Made by a program: the position numbers and the translations under genes. DNA of 64,000 nucleotides, taken from the human T2T-CHM13v2.0 reference genome, Homo sapiens. Numbering within the stretch: position 1 is the stretch's first letter; each line of letters starts with the position of its first letter. This document shows positions 26,114-39,465 of the stretch, one piece after another. The notes beneath the pieces are model-generated. The model did no database searches. It was not told the origin of the DNA and saw only the letters and a program-made list of their open reading frames with translations. Location: assembly GCF_009914755.1 (NCBI RefSeq), contig NC_060927.1. The stretch is one strand, 5' to 3'.

Positions 26114-28200
26114 GAAAAATCTGGACGCATTCCCTTTGAAAACCGGCACAAGACAAGGACGCCCTCTCTCACCACTCCTATTCAATGTAGTATTGGAAGT
26201 TCTGGCCAGGGCAATCAGGCAAGAGAAAGAAATAAAGGTATTCGATTAGGAAAAGAGGAAGTCAAATTATCTCTGTTTGCAGATGACACAGTTGTGTATT
26301 TAGAAAACCCCACTGTCTCAGCCCAAAATCTCTTTAAGCTGATAAGCAACTTCAGCAAAGTCTCAGGATACAAATTCAATGTGCAAAAATCACAAGCATT
26401 CATATACACCAATAACAGACAGAGAGCCAAATCATGAGGGAGCTCCCATTCACAATTGCAACAAAGAGAGTAAAATACCTAGGAATCCAACTTGCAAGGA
26501 ATGTGAAGGACCTCTTCAAGGAGAACTACAAACCACTGCTCAACAAAATAAAAGAGGACACAAACAAATGGAAGAACATTCCATGCTCATGGATAGGAGG
26601 AATCAATATTGTGAAAATGGCCATACTGCCCAAAGTAATGTAGAGATTCAATTTTATCCCCATCAAGGTACCAATGACTTTCTTCACAGAACTGGAAAAA
26701 ACTGCTTTAAATTTCATATGGAACCAAAAAAGAGCCCACATAGTAAAGACAATCCTAAGGAAAAAGAACAAAGCTGGAGGCATCACACTACCTGACTTCA
26801 AAGTATACTACAGGGCTGCAGTAACCAAAACAGCATGGTACAGAGATATAGACCAATGGAACAGAACAGAGGCCTCAGAAATAACACCACACATCTACAG
26901 CCATCTGATCTTTGACAAACCTGAGAAAAACAAGCAATGGGGAAAGGATTCCCTATTTAATAAATGGTGCTGGGAAAACTGGATAGCCATATGTAGAAAG
27001 CTGAAACTGGATCCCTTCCTTACACCTTATACAAAAATTAACTCAAGGTGGATTAAAGACTTAAATGTAAGACCTAAAACCATAAAAAACCCTAGAAGAA
27101 AACCAAGGAATACCATTCAGGACATAGGCATGGGCAAAGACTTCATGACTAAAACACCAAAGGCAATGACAACAAAAGCAAAAATAGACAAATGGGATCT
27201 AATTAAACTACAGAGCTTCTGCACAGTAAAAGAAAATATCATCAGAGTGAACAGGCAACCTACAGAATGGGAGAAAATTTTTGCAATCTACCCATCTGAC
27301 AAAGGGCTAATATCCAGAATCTACAAATAACTTAAACAAATTTACGAGAAAAAAACAAACAACCCCATCAAAAAGTGGGCAAAGGATATGCAGACACTTC
27401 TCAAAAGAAGACATTTATGCAGCCAACAGACATATGAAAAAATGCTCATCAACACTGTTCATCAGAGAAATGCAAATCAAAACCACATGAGATACCATCT
27501 CATGCCAGTTAGAATGGCAATCATTAAAAAGTCAGGAAACAACATGCTGGAGAGGATGTGGAGAAATAGGAACGCTTTTACACTGTTGGTGGGAGTGTAA
27601 ATTAGTTCAACCATTGTGGAAGATAGTGTGGCGATTCCTCAAGGATCTAGAACTAGAAATACTATTTGACCCAGCAATCCCATTACTGGGTATATACCCG
27701 AAGGATTATAAATCATGCTACTGTAAAGACACATGCCCACGTATGTTTATTGTGGCACTATTCACAATAGCAATGTCTGGAACCAACCCAAATGTCCATC
27801 AATCATAGACTGGATAAAGAAAATGTGGCACATATACACTATGGAATACTATGAAGCCATAAAAAAGGATGAGTTCATGTCCTTTGCAGGGTCATGGACG
27901 AAGTTGGAAACCATCATTCTCAGAAAACTATCACAATGACAGAAAACCAAACACCACATGTTCTCACTAATAAGTAGGATTTGAACAATGAAAACACATG
28001 TACACAGGGAGGGGAACATCACACACCGGGGCCTGTCGGGGTGTGGGGATTTGGGGGAGGGATAGCATTAGGAGAAATACCTAATGTAAATGACGAGTTG
28101 ATGGGTGCAGCACACCAACATGGTGCATGTATGCCTATGTAACAAACCTGCACATTGCACACACGTACACTAGAACTTAAAGTATAATACAAAAAAAGAA
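26114..28200 (+). mobile_element. 5'-truncated L1PA (L1PA6/7-like), ~2.1 kb, dead ORF2 RT/C-terminal remnant
   Basis: ORF fragments carry L1 ORF2 motifs ([39 protein letters not shown]-region DNA); G-rich 3'UTR, GAACTTAAAGTATAAT end and A tail; several frameshifts and stops. Confidence 0.97.
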
Positions 28201-28224
28201 GAGAGATAAAAGAAGGGAAGTTGC

Positions 28225-28764
28225 TTCAGGTACATATGTTGCATATGCCATCCAAAAACCTAGTAGCATAAAAAACCCTTCATTATGCTCATGAATTCTA
28301 TGGATCAGGAATTTAGACAAGGCTCAGCAGGAGTGGTTTGACTCTGCTCCATATCTGGGGCCTAATCTGGGGAAATATAAACATTTGGAGTGATGTCACA
28401 GCTAGGGCTTAGTATCTTCTGAAGGCATCTTGATTCGTTATATTCATCAGTGTGGAACCTATGATTTGATGACTTAGGAATGCTTGACTCAGGAAAGCCT
28501 GCTGATGAGAGCATATGCACATGGCCTTTTCATGTGACCCGAAGTTTTTTAGAGCATGGTAGCTTCAGGGGAATTGGACTGTTATGTATAGGTTCAGGGT
28601 TACAAAAGTTAATGTCCTTGCAAACAAGGCGTAAGCTGCATTACCTTGTATGATCTCGCCCACTGGTTGTAAGAATCACAAGGCAGCCCAGAATTAAGTG
28701 GGGGTGAGGACAGACTCCATCTTTTAATGGAAGGAGTGCCTAAGATTTTGTAAACAGGCCTACA
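28225..28764 (-). mobile_element. MaLR LTR, MLT1G/H-like
   Basis: ATTATGCTCATGAATTCTATGGATCAGGAATTTAGACAAGGCTCAGCAGG...CTCTGCTCCA...AGCATGGTAGCTTCAGGG...CAGACTCCATCTTTTAATGGAAGGAGTG. Confidence 0.75.
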
Positions 28765-30459
28765 ATTTCCAGCTCCTTGAAACGTTAGCTCAAACTTTGA
28801 GAAAGCAAATCAAGGCTCCTAGATTAACCACAATTTAAGAAACCTCCCCCAAGGAGATAATGCAAGTTATTCTCCATTTTGATAATTTTTTATTTCTAGG
28901 CAGAAATTATCTTACACAATTCAAACATTACAGAACAAAGAAGACAAAATTTTCCCTTAATGCTGTGAACAAGAGGAACCTAAAACTTTAAGAAGCAGTT
29001 TATGATCTACGATGGGTAAGAAAAGGAACATTTTTTTGCTGACTCACCTTACATCTAGAAAAACCCATTTTACACAAAGGCTGAGGTGTTCCAGAAGGGG
29101 AAACATAGAGCTGTAGCTAGGGAAGCTGGCAGATTGTCAAGGTGAGAGGATCGCAAGAATATAAAGTGAAGCAATCTGCTGGGAGCAATATTCATATTTG
29201 TACATATCACTGGGGCAACTAACGCACCCCTACCTGAAATCACCCAGAACTTGATTCCTTTTTAGTTACTATATTTCAGTGAAAGATTCAGATTGCTGGG
29301 ACCTGACTCTTGCAGTTTCTGGTAGTCAAGGTAACATTTGTTGTTGTTTTTCAGAACAGCATACCACTCTGAACCATAAATCTGTAATTAATCCTCCAAA
29401 ACAACTCGTGATGATGAACTGTTTGGCATTATCAATTTCTGTTTTCCTCCAGGTGCCAAATACATAGAGTTCTTAAAATGTCTCAATCAATCAAAATACT
29501 ACTTTGGAATATTTCCTTTCTCTTTGAGTTTTCTTTTCTCTTATCATCTTTCTAAAATGGTGAAAAGGAGATGAATGAAGGTAAAGAAAACAATTCTGAC
29601 ATCTGGGGAATATAAGAGAAACACACTTAATTTTCAAAATTGAGTCTTATAATTGTAGCTTATGTTAGTGACGGGGTTTTGTATGTAAGTGATAGGCATA
29701 TGGCAAGTTTGAGAAGGGCAAGTCCCTGATGTCATGTGTCCAAAATGAGTGGAAGTAAAGAAGAAACACTTGTCCCAGATTATACTATTGCTCAATATCG
29801 AAGTCAGTTAATAATTACCTGGCCCTATTGGAATACACAGAGCTGGAGCAATTTCATCTGTAGGAATTATTTGGGCTTCTGGCTTAGCAGATGTAGAGGG
29901 TCTTCTGAGATATGCAGATTCTTAAAAGAGTTGAGGGTCATTTTTACTGGGGAAAATTAAAAGAGCAAACAAAAAGTAATGAGAATTGAAGAAATCGCCT
30001 ATTCTCACACCTAGGGTGTAATATGACTGCTTAATCATCATTCAGGTGGATGTTCTCATTACTTTACAAGAAACAATCAGGACTGCATGACCACCAGCAA
30101 GGTTAGGCTTTAAATAGTAAATGTGAAGGATGCCAGAAAGTAGATTGAACTGTATTTCTATGCTTCACACACCACACATACACACACACTTCCTCACTTT
30201 TGTTAGTCTGTTAGGATCTCACAACCCAGCACATATGGCCTACCCCAGTGGGTCAAGCCAACTTTTATCCACCTGGATCAGATTACACAACCTTCTTGTT
30301 TACATTGCAAGAACAAACTTGTAACACAAGTATCGAGCCCAGAAAATATCTGTCATCTTAATTTCCAGAAGTTAACTATGGAAAACATATCAGCAATTTC
30401 TTGGCGGTTGGTTTGGATTGAGGTTGGGAAGAAGCAGCCACTGCTTTAGGATTTTCCTT

Positions 30460-30640
30460 AGAGATAATAAGTGTCTGCTATGTGCCATAGTATGTGGTGA
30501 GTGATTTAATACACATTATCTCATTTAATTGAGGCATTATAGAGAAAACTGAGGCTCAGAGACATGCAGCAAATTCTGAAGGTCACACAGATCATGCAGC
30601 AAAGCTGACTCTGGGTCCAAGGAATTCTAACTCCACCTCA
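30460..30640 (-). mobile_element. MIR relic
   Basis: CATTATCTCATTTAAT...GAGAAAACTGAGGCTCAGAGA...AAGGTCACACAG. Confidence 0.7.
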
Positions 30641-30793
30641 GGAGCTCCTTAAAGCAGTGTCCCTGTCCAGGATTACCTTCTCACTTTCACCAGTCTGTTT
30701 AGGGCTCATCCAGCATATGCTGATTTTTCCCTCCTCCATTCTTGTGGATGTGGGCCTATACCTCTTATTCACCTATACCTCTTATTAATACTG

Positions 30794-31434
30794 TTATTAA
30801 TATAAAACTACATAGTTTATTCATTTTAACTAATAGTATCCTATCATATGACTGTAAATGCTTCATTATCCATTTCTCTAATGATACTAACTTAGGTGGT
30901 TTTCAACCTGCACTGTATTGCCTGCTTAATTTTTTTAACTTTTGTTTTCAGAGAAAGCTAAAACAATCTTTAAAATTTCAGAGAATAATGTGAAAAATAC
31001 CATTGTACCAAATACTCAGAATTAACTTTTATTTACTTTTTATAATATACTTGTTGGTCTTGTAAAAAATGAAGGATGCACCAATAAAGTTGATCTCTGT
31101 GCCTGAACTTCAGTCCTACTTCACTCTTTCCATTCCTAGAGTGATTCATCACCATGAGTTTGACATATATTCTTCCAGTACTTGCTTTTATACTTTTACT
31201 TCATATACATTTTTCCATAAATAGTACATAGCATTGTGTGTATTTTTTTAAATTTACATACTCTCATACAATGTATTTTCTATAATTTGCCTTTTATCAT
31301 TAATATCTTTTAGGGATACACTTATTAATATAAAATTACATAGTTTACTCATTTTAACTAATAGTATACGATCATATGAATTTAAATGCTTCATTTTCCA
31401 TTTCTCTAATTATACTAATTTAGGTGGTTTTCAA
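30794..31434 (+). repeat. 113-bp dispersed direct duplication (30794-30906 / 31322-31434)
   Basis: Ungapped manual alignment gives 9 mismatches in 113 bp, offset 528 bp. Confidence 0.95.
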
Positions 31435-31690
31435 TTTTTGGTTGCATAGAACATGCTTCTACATATTCTCTTATTTTAATGTATAAGTTTTCTCTAGATT
31501 ATATTCCTGAAGTTGGAATTACTGGGCTGTAGGATATGGTGTTTTCAATCTTACTAGATCTGCCAAGTTTTCCTCTAAAGCTATTGTACCAATTTATTCT
31601 CCTTCCAGAAGTGTAATGTGAGAGTCTTCATTTCCCCACATGCTAGCCCATGCTTGGAGTTGCCTAATGCTAACTATCTTTTAATGAGGT
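30930..31690 (-). mobile_element. Ancient L1M 3' region
   Basis: Antisense L1M motifs (TTCTCTAGATTATATTCCTGAAGTTGGAATTACTGGGCTGTAGG; TTGTACCAATTTATTCTCC...GTGAGAGTC...TTTCCCCACAT). Confidence 0.7.
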
Positions 31691-32229
31691 TGTTTATATC
31701 CTTAGTCAGTTGTCAGTCTCTTACAGGAAGCATACTGTATTTACATCTGTTGATGTCCTTGGGGTTCTACCGGTGGCTAATCTATATTGCATATACATCT
31801 ACACCTCTCTGAATGAAATTGCTCATATTGTCTTAGAATATCTTAAATAAGGTAACTTAAAAACTCCACAGAATAGGATGTAAATTATTTGCTTCAGAAA
31901 CAGAAATGAAATAACTCATAGGTTGTTACAATTCAGACATTACAGAATTCAAATTCTATAATTTGATATTACAAATGAGATAACTCATAGGCTGTTACAA
32001 CCAAATTAAGAACATTTAATTATCATAATTAATTAGTCAAAAGTTGAGCTCATGTACTCAAGTAATTTGCATGGGTACCTCTTCATTTACATCGGCTGTA
32101 GCTGATGGTTTTATAATAGAAGCAGTTTTCTTTCTTCTATACCATTCTACCCTCCAGGGTATTATTTATTTTTAACTGGGTTTTTTTTTCCTCTTGTTTA
32201 TTCATGTTCCGCCTCTCAACTTTATTCTC

Positions 32230-33060
32230 CCAATCAGTATGTAAAAATATTCATGTCTTCATCATTAAAAAAAGAGTTCTTCACTTTCATATGGTCACCA
32301 GCTTCCCTGAATCTCTCACCTTTGCTCACTACCCTCACTACCAAACTTCTCTAAATCATTTCCTCCTTCTCAGTGTAGTCCTTTCTGGCTGTGATTCCCA
32401 TCACTCCACTGAATCATCTCTTACCAGTAACTTAATATTGCTCAATACAATGGCCATCTTTGTGGCCCTCATCTTACCTGATCTCTGTGCAGCGTCCTAA
32501 TTGTTGACGCCTCCCGCCTTTTTGAAACCGTTGCTTCCTTGGGTCCTGGCTCTGCCTTTCCAGTCTCACTTTCTATCCAGTTAAATATTGGAGTTCTGTA
32601 AGATTCAGTCTAAGTCCTCTTTCTACTTCACTTTATAGCTTCATTCTTAGATTAACTCATGCAGGGTTATGATATAGATTACCGAAATGCAGAGCTCCAG
32701 CCAAGATTTATCTGCATTCTAGATCTAGGTATATAATGATTTTTGGATAAACCATTGGGATTAGGGACCTCAAATATAATATTCCCTAAATAAAACTCAT
32801 GTTCATTTATCCATACCTACTCATGCCTCTATTAGTGATATCATCACCATTCATTTGGTATCACGGGCCAATAAAGCTAAAAGTTATATTTGCCTCATCT
32901 TTCCTTTCTTACCCTTACCATATCCACTGCACCCTATTGATTTCATTTCCTTTGCATTGCTCATATTTGTCTACTTTGCCTCACCGCCCCCCTGCCACCC
33001 CTACCCTTGTCCATCTTTTTCACCAGCTGTCACAAAAGTCTCTAAACTGGTAGTACATGC
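32230..33060 (+). mobile_element. L2 LINE relic
   Basis: Pyrimidine-rich L2 ORF2-like DNA (CACTCCACTGAA..., CTCATCTTACCTGATCTCTGTGCAGC, TCTTTTCTAC). Confidence 0.6.
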
Positions 33061-33079
33061 TGCTTACTCTCTTTAGAAT

Positions 33080-33744
<665 letters not shown>

Positions 33745-34134
33745 GGAATATTCCTCCCCTCCACTCTCCTCCCTCCTCAATTTGTTAACCTTCAGTGTTA
33801 CTTCAGATTTTAGTTCATATGTCACATTCTTGCCCTTCTCCCTTGGAGTCAAGTTTGTCTCTTAGAAGTGTGAACATCCTTTTCTCATTTGTGTATTTAC
33901 TTAACTCACGTCCACCCAGCTCGCCAGTGAGTAGGCCTTATTAAAGCAGCAACACATTGATTTTCTCACTAATTTGGTTCCACACCCAGCAGAGTACCTG
34001 TTAACATTGGAGGCTGTGGTTTTTAAAACCTATAATTGGCTCTGCAGTTTTGATTTGGTTTGTTACAAAACATGATTTTCTTTTTTTTCCCTTTGATTTG
34101 AGGTAAATAGATTTACAGAAAAAAAAATCCTTTT

Positions 34135-34970
34135 AAAAGGAGCTCAAACAACTCAATAGCAAAAAAATCTAAATAATTTGATTAAAAAATGGACAAAAGA
34201 TCTGAACGGACAGTTCTCAAAAGAAGACAAATGGCCAAGTATATGAAAAAATGCTCAACATCACAAATCATTGGGGAAATGCAAATTAAAACTGCAATGT
34301 GATATTATCTCACCCCAGTTAAAATGGCTTGTATCAAAAAGACAGTAACATATGCTGGCAAAGATGTGGAGAAAGGGGAGCCCTTGTACACTCTTGGTGG
34401 GAATGTAAATTAGTACAGCCTCTATGGAGAACAGTATACAGGTTCCTCAAAAATTAAAACTAGAACTACTGGATGATCCAGCAATTCGATCACTAGGTAT
34501 ATATTCAAAAGAAAGGGAATTAATATACCAAAAATAATTCTGCATGCCCATGGTTTTTGCAGAAGTATTTACAGTAGCTGAAATATGGAATCAACCTAAG
34601 TGTACATTAATGGAAGAACAAATGAAGAAAATGTGGTATAGAAATCTAGTTAAATATTATTCAGCCATAAGAAAGAATGAAATCCTGTCATTTGTAGCAA
34701 CATCGATGGAACTGGAGGCCATTATATTAAGTGAAATAAGCCAAGCACAGACAGGCAAATATAACATATTCTCACTCACACGTGGGAGCTAAAAAATACG
34801 GATCTTATGAAGGTACAGAGTAGATTGGTGCTTACCAGAAGCCAGAATGGTGGGGGGCATGAAGGGGAGAAAGAATACAAATGTATTTATTAACACTGAA
34901 TTTTACACTTAAAATTGCAAAGATAGTAAATTTTATATGTATATTTTACCTCAATATAAAAAGAAAAAAT
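34135..34970 (+). mobile_element. L1MA-type LINE-1 3' end (~0.8 kb)
   Basis: ORF2 C-terminal-like DNA (AAATGCTCAACATCAC, TGGTGGGAATGTAAATTAGTACAGCC, ATGGAACTGGAGGCCATTATATTAAGTGAAATAAGCC) and an L1MA-style 3'UTR with A tail. Confidence 0.88.
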
Positions 34971-36010
34971 ATTTCCAATTAAAATTTTTTCTTATAAAGT
35001 TATTTATAATTCCAAAAAACATAAAAAATCCTCTTGTGAAAATCTGAATAATTAATTATATTTAAAAAAAACAAAAGTTTTGTTTGATTAGAAAGTAATG
35101 CAGAAGAACAGAAGACTTTTCAGTGTTAGTTTTTAGAATCCCACTTTTCTCCTCAAGTTTATATATATAAACCTCCTTTATTAAGATAAATGATACATGA
35201 CATTATTACAACTTGAGCACCATTGACCATTACAAAAGTTATTTATTTCTCAAAATTTGCTTGTCACAAATTGAAATTTTACTCTGTTTCCCACAGTTAT
35301 TTTTAACACTTGACTATAGGAAATATAATTTCTTTAAGGTAATTATTTTGAAATCTGACCAAAACACTCGATGACATTAAATATGTCTTTGGTGAAAACA
35401 ATAAAGAGTGCAATTTGTAAAAAAGAGAGTTTTCTTTATGAATAATTAATTCAGCTGGTAAATAAGAAAACAGATGCGGAAATTCAATGTGACTTTTTTT
35501 CCAAAGGATAAAGAGTGGTTGGGAAAATAATAAAATGTATTGCTTGATCAAAAACTAGGATCTGTAGGCCATAAAATCAGAGTAGATAAAAGGCATACTG
35601 AAACCATGGAGTAGAACAAGAGAAATAGGAAAAGCTTTTGTAGATGTAACCACTGAATGAAACTTCTTTTTGGAAAATGGTAGATTTGGAAGTAAAGGTG
35701 CCTATAAAATAAAAGATTATTTCATCAGTGGGTGAATTGTTAACCAAGAACATCTGAAAGTTTAGGGTCTAATTGGGAGTGATTAGCACAATGTGCAAAA
35801 GCTCTGTATGTGGACACATGGCTCATGGGAGATAAATGGGTAGTTTTAGAGAGGCAGAACAAATTAAACGCTGATTGAAAATAAATTATCTTCAAATGTA
35901 TTAAATAAAAGGTACCCATCTCAAGAAGCTCAGTTTGGTTAAACAAACATTTATTGAGTGCCTATGACTGCATGCTGGCTGCTTTGTTAGAACTGATAAG
36001 AACAAAAACC

Positions 36011-36043
36011 TTAAAGTATAATAATAATAAATTAAAAAAATAA
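36011..36043 (+). mobile_element. Ultra-truncated L1PA 3' terminus (33 bp) with 13-bp TSD
   Basis: (C)TTAAAGTATAAT plus A-rich tail, the same end as the two L1PA copies in this window, flanked by perfect AAGAACAAAAACC at 35998-36010 and 36044-36056. Confidence 0.85.
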
Positions 36044-39000
36044 AAGAACAAAAACCAAGCAAAGCCAATCGGATTCAACGAGACTCAATTCCAGTATTTT
36101 TGTTGGAACCAAACATTAAAGATAACCATTTCTGTACTAGCGAGACTCCAGTCTCTCAATTTGAATAGCATATGAAACATGACCTCAAATTGTAAATTGT
36201 GTAACAGAAAATGTTAAATTGCATGTAAATACATGACCACATTTATAAAAATAACGTTTTTGAACTTTGTTTTACCATTATGGATTGCCAGCACTGACCA
36301 AAATATAGACAATTATAGACACTAAATAATAGATAAAATTTACCATTTTGGTTTACCTGCACCTTTATAATTTCCTACTTTTTCTCCTATTATAAAAATT
36401 CCAAATGAACATCCTTTGACCTTGACATTTTTCCCTAAGTATAATATTTTCTTAGCGTACATTTTAATCAGTAAATCAAAAGATGAGGGCATTTTAATTT
36501 AATCAATAGATCAAAAGATCAGTACATTTTAGGATATTTGAGAAATACTGCTAAGTTGCTTTCCAAAAAGGGTCTGTCAATAACTTACATAGCTATGAGG
36601 AATATGTAAAAGAGTCTTGTGTTGCTTTTCTGGAACTGAAGAATGCTCTGTCTATTCACACATATGATATGGGGGGGGTGTGTGTATGTACATGTAAAAA
36701 TCTTATTCATTTGAAAGATGAAAATGTTATCTCATTTAAAGTTGCATTCATTTGACTATTAATGAATTGAAAATGTTTACACAGTTTATTAGGTACTAAC
36801 ACTGTTTTCTTTTAAAATTATTCATTCTCATCCATTGTTCATTTTCGAACTGGAAAAAAATATTTTTCTTATTTATTTATTTGACTTCTGTAAATAGTAA
36901 AGACCTTCCCAATATGTCTGTGGTATAGATAAAAATATTTTTCTAAAATATGACGGTATTTTAATGCTTTAAGTTCCATTATAAATAAGAAACTACTAGA
37001 TTGTGTTGTATTATATTATATCTAAAGCATGAAACATAATTAAAAGTGAAGGACTTGTTGAATTTCATTCATTTCTGTCAAACAAATGATATGAGGTACT
37101 ACTGAAAGCTTCCTCTAAATTTTAAAATAGATTATGTCACACAAGAAGAGGTTTTTAATCCCTGTATATTATTTTTAGATTGTATGTGTTGAATCCCTAA
37201 TTTTTAAAGATGAGGAAATTAGTACCTAACCTTTAGTTGTTGCTTCTTTTCCTCTATCAATTCAATGATTTTTGTTGTTTATATTAGTATTTTGTATCAT
37301 GAAGGTTAATAAAACATCCTCTTCTGTAACCATAATTTCCAGTTGTCTAATCTTAATTTTATATTTAAATGAATTCATTATTGTCACAAATCTTTTAATT
37401 TCTTCACGGTTTTTTCATTTTTGATTATTACTTTTGTTTTTTACTATATTTTCATTTCCAAGTAGTTTTTCAAGAAAGATTCATGAATGCTATATTTCCT
37501 GTATTCCTGTGTATTTGAGATTGTCTGGCTTTACGGACAGATCAGGTAAATAAGATTCTTAGGTCTCTCTTTTTTTTTTTTTAACTGTAAAAATGAGGAC
37601 ATAAACTCATGGTATTGAATGATGACTTAGATAAGTTTTGCACATAATTTACATTTTCAGTTTGAATTTCTCCGTGATTCTTTTAACTATCAAATTTAAC
37701 AGGTCCACCAAATAGATGTTGTTTATTTCTGTTAATTTTATCTTATGACACAGTGAACACTTTTATCAGATGATTAAATTTTTACCTAATTTCAAAAATT
37801 ATGTATTTTATATATACAATTTGCATATATTTTCTTTTACGTTTTTCCCATTTTTTTCAGGAATATCATTATTTGTATGTTTTTTTCCTATCTTCTATCT
37901 TTTGTTTTCCTTCTAATCATTAATAATAAATCTCTTCATATATCCCATTTTAGTCTGTGTGATTTTCTTAATCCTGAAATCCAAGACAGATCTTTGTTGT
38001 ATTTTCTGACATTTTTTTCCTTTATTTTGAAATTTCTTATAGGGCTTCACGGGTTGAATTTTTTTCTTGTGGCTCTGTTGTTTCCTTGAATGTCCTTTAG
38101 CTTATTTAGCATCTATTATTTACTAAACACCCAACTGCCTTAAAATTTTTTAGACTATGTAGACTAAGCTGTCTGAATTATTATTCTGTTTTCTGGGGAT
38201 GGTTCCACTTAAATTAGCCTTTATACTATTTCTTTATGTTACTTTTTATGTTAATTCTCTTTTCTTTCTTTGTCTCTCTCTTTCTCTTCCTCCCTCCCTC
38301 ACTTATATCTTTCCATCACCCTCTCTCTGGTGTATGACAAGGTGGTATTATTATTCATATATCAAATCTAAGTTATGCATTCTTTTCTTATGCCACCTTT
38401 TTCTTTAAGCATACTACAGAAAAGGGTGAGAGTAACTTTCTGCTTTATTTGACCTTTACTTCTCCTCTATAAAATACGTCACCTCTCTGGAGGTCATGTC
38501 TCCTCTTAGTGCTATATATTTCAAACACCACTGTTGGTCTTACTCATCTTAAGTCACAGCCTCTTCATAATGTAGCCTCAGGTCACGCCACACTCCCCGC
38601 TTTACCTCACCTCACCTACAGCCATTTTATTCAACTATTTCAAGATTGTCTGTGTTCCTCACCTCTGCAGGTTGCTCCATTTCGTGGCTTAAAGCTGGGT
38701 CTCTATTACTATACCCCAATGTCTCTAGACTGTCCCACACCTACACCTTTCCATTCTAGAAAACAGATTTCCACCAGATGGCCCTTCAGGGCTGCAACAC
38801 TCACTTTAATAAACATGTTTATTTTTTCTAAATTATAAGAAAGTTTGTGTCAGCTTTTGTTATCATGCTTCATTATAATTCAAATTTTACTATAATACTA
38901 TAATTGGGATGTAATCTAAAAACATGATTTGAGTTTGTGAGTTGCTCTGTATGATTTGGCAAATAAGTTCCTTTTCTTTTTTTCTGTTCTTTTCGTCTTT

Positions 39001-39465
39001 TTAGAAAAAGAGAGTAAAAATATTATCTAAATAGAACTCTACTAGTACTAACTACAAATTCTCAATCTTTTTCTTAATTAACTAATCTGGTTATATCATT
39101 TTTATAATTTAAAAATAATAAAAATGATTTTAAAATTAGGACAAATTTTTCTTTTTTAATCATTAATCACAACTTCAGGGTTAGCCGTGGGATAAATCAT
39201 TGTTCCAGGTGTTTGAAATTTAGAAAAAACATAATTTATGGTTTATAGATTAAAATATAAAATATAAAGAGAATTAAATCCCAAAGGTTTACTGAGTCTT
39301 TTTGAAAGGTTACAAATCTTATTGGAAATGTTACTGAGAATTATTTTTTGAGTAAAAAATGGAAAGGTCATTGCCATTGTATAAATGTTTGTATAAAAGG
39401 TTGGGGAGGATAATTAATTAAGATTTTTCTTTATTAAGCCATAGAATAAAATAGCACTAGAAAGT

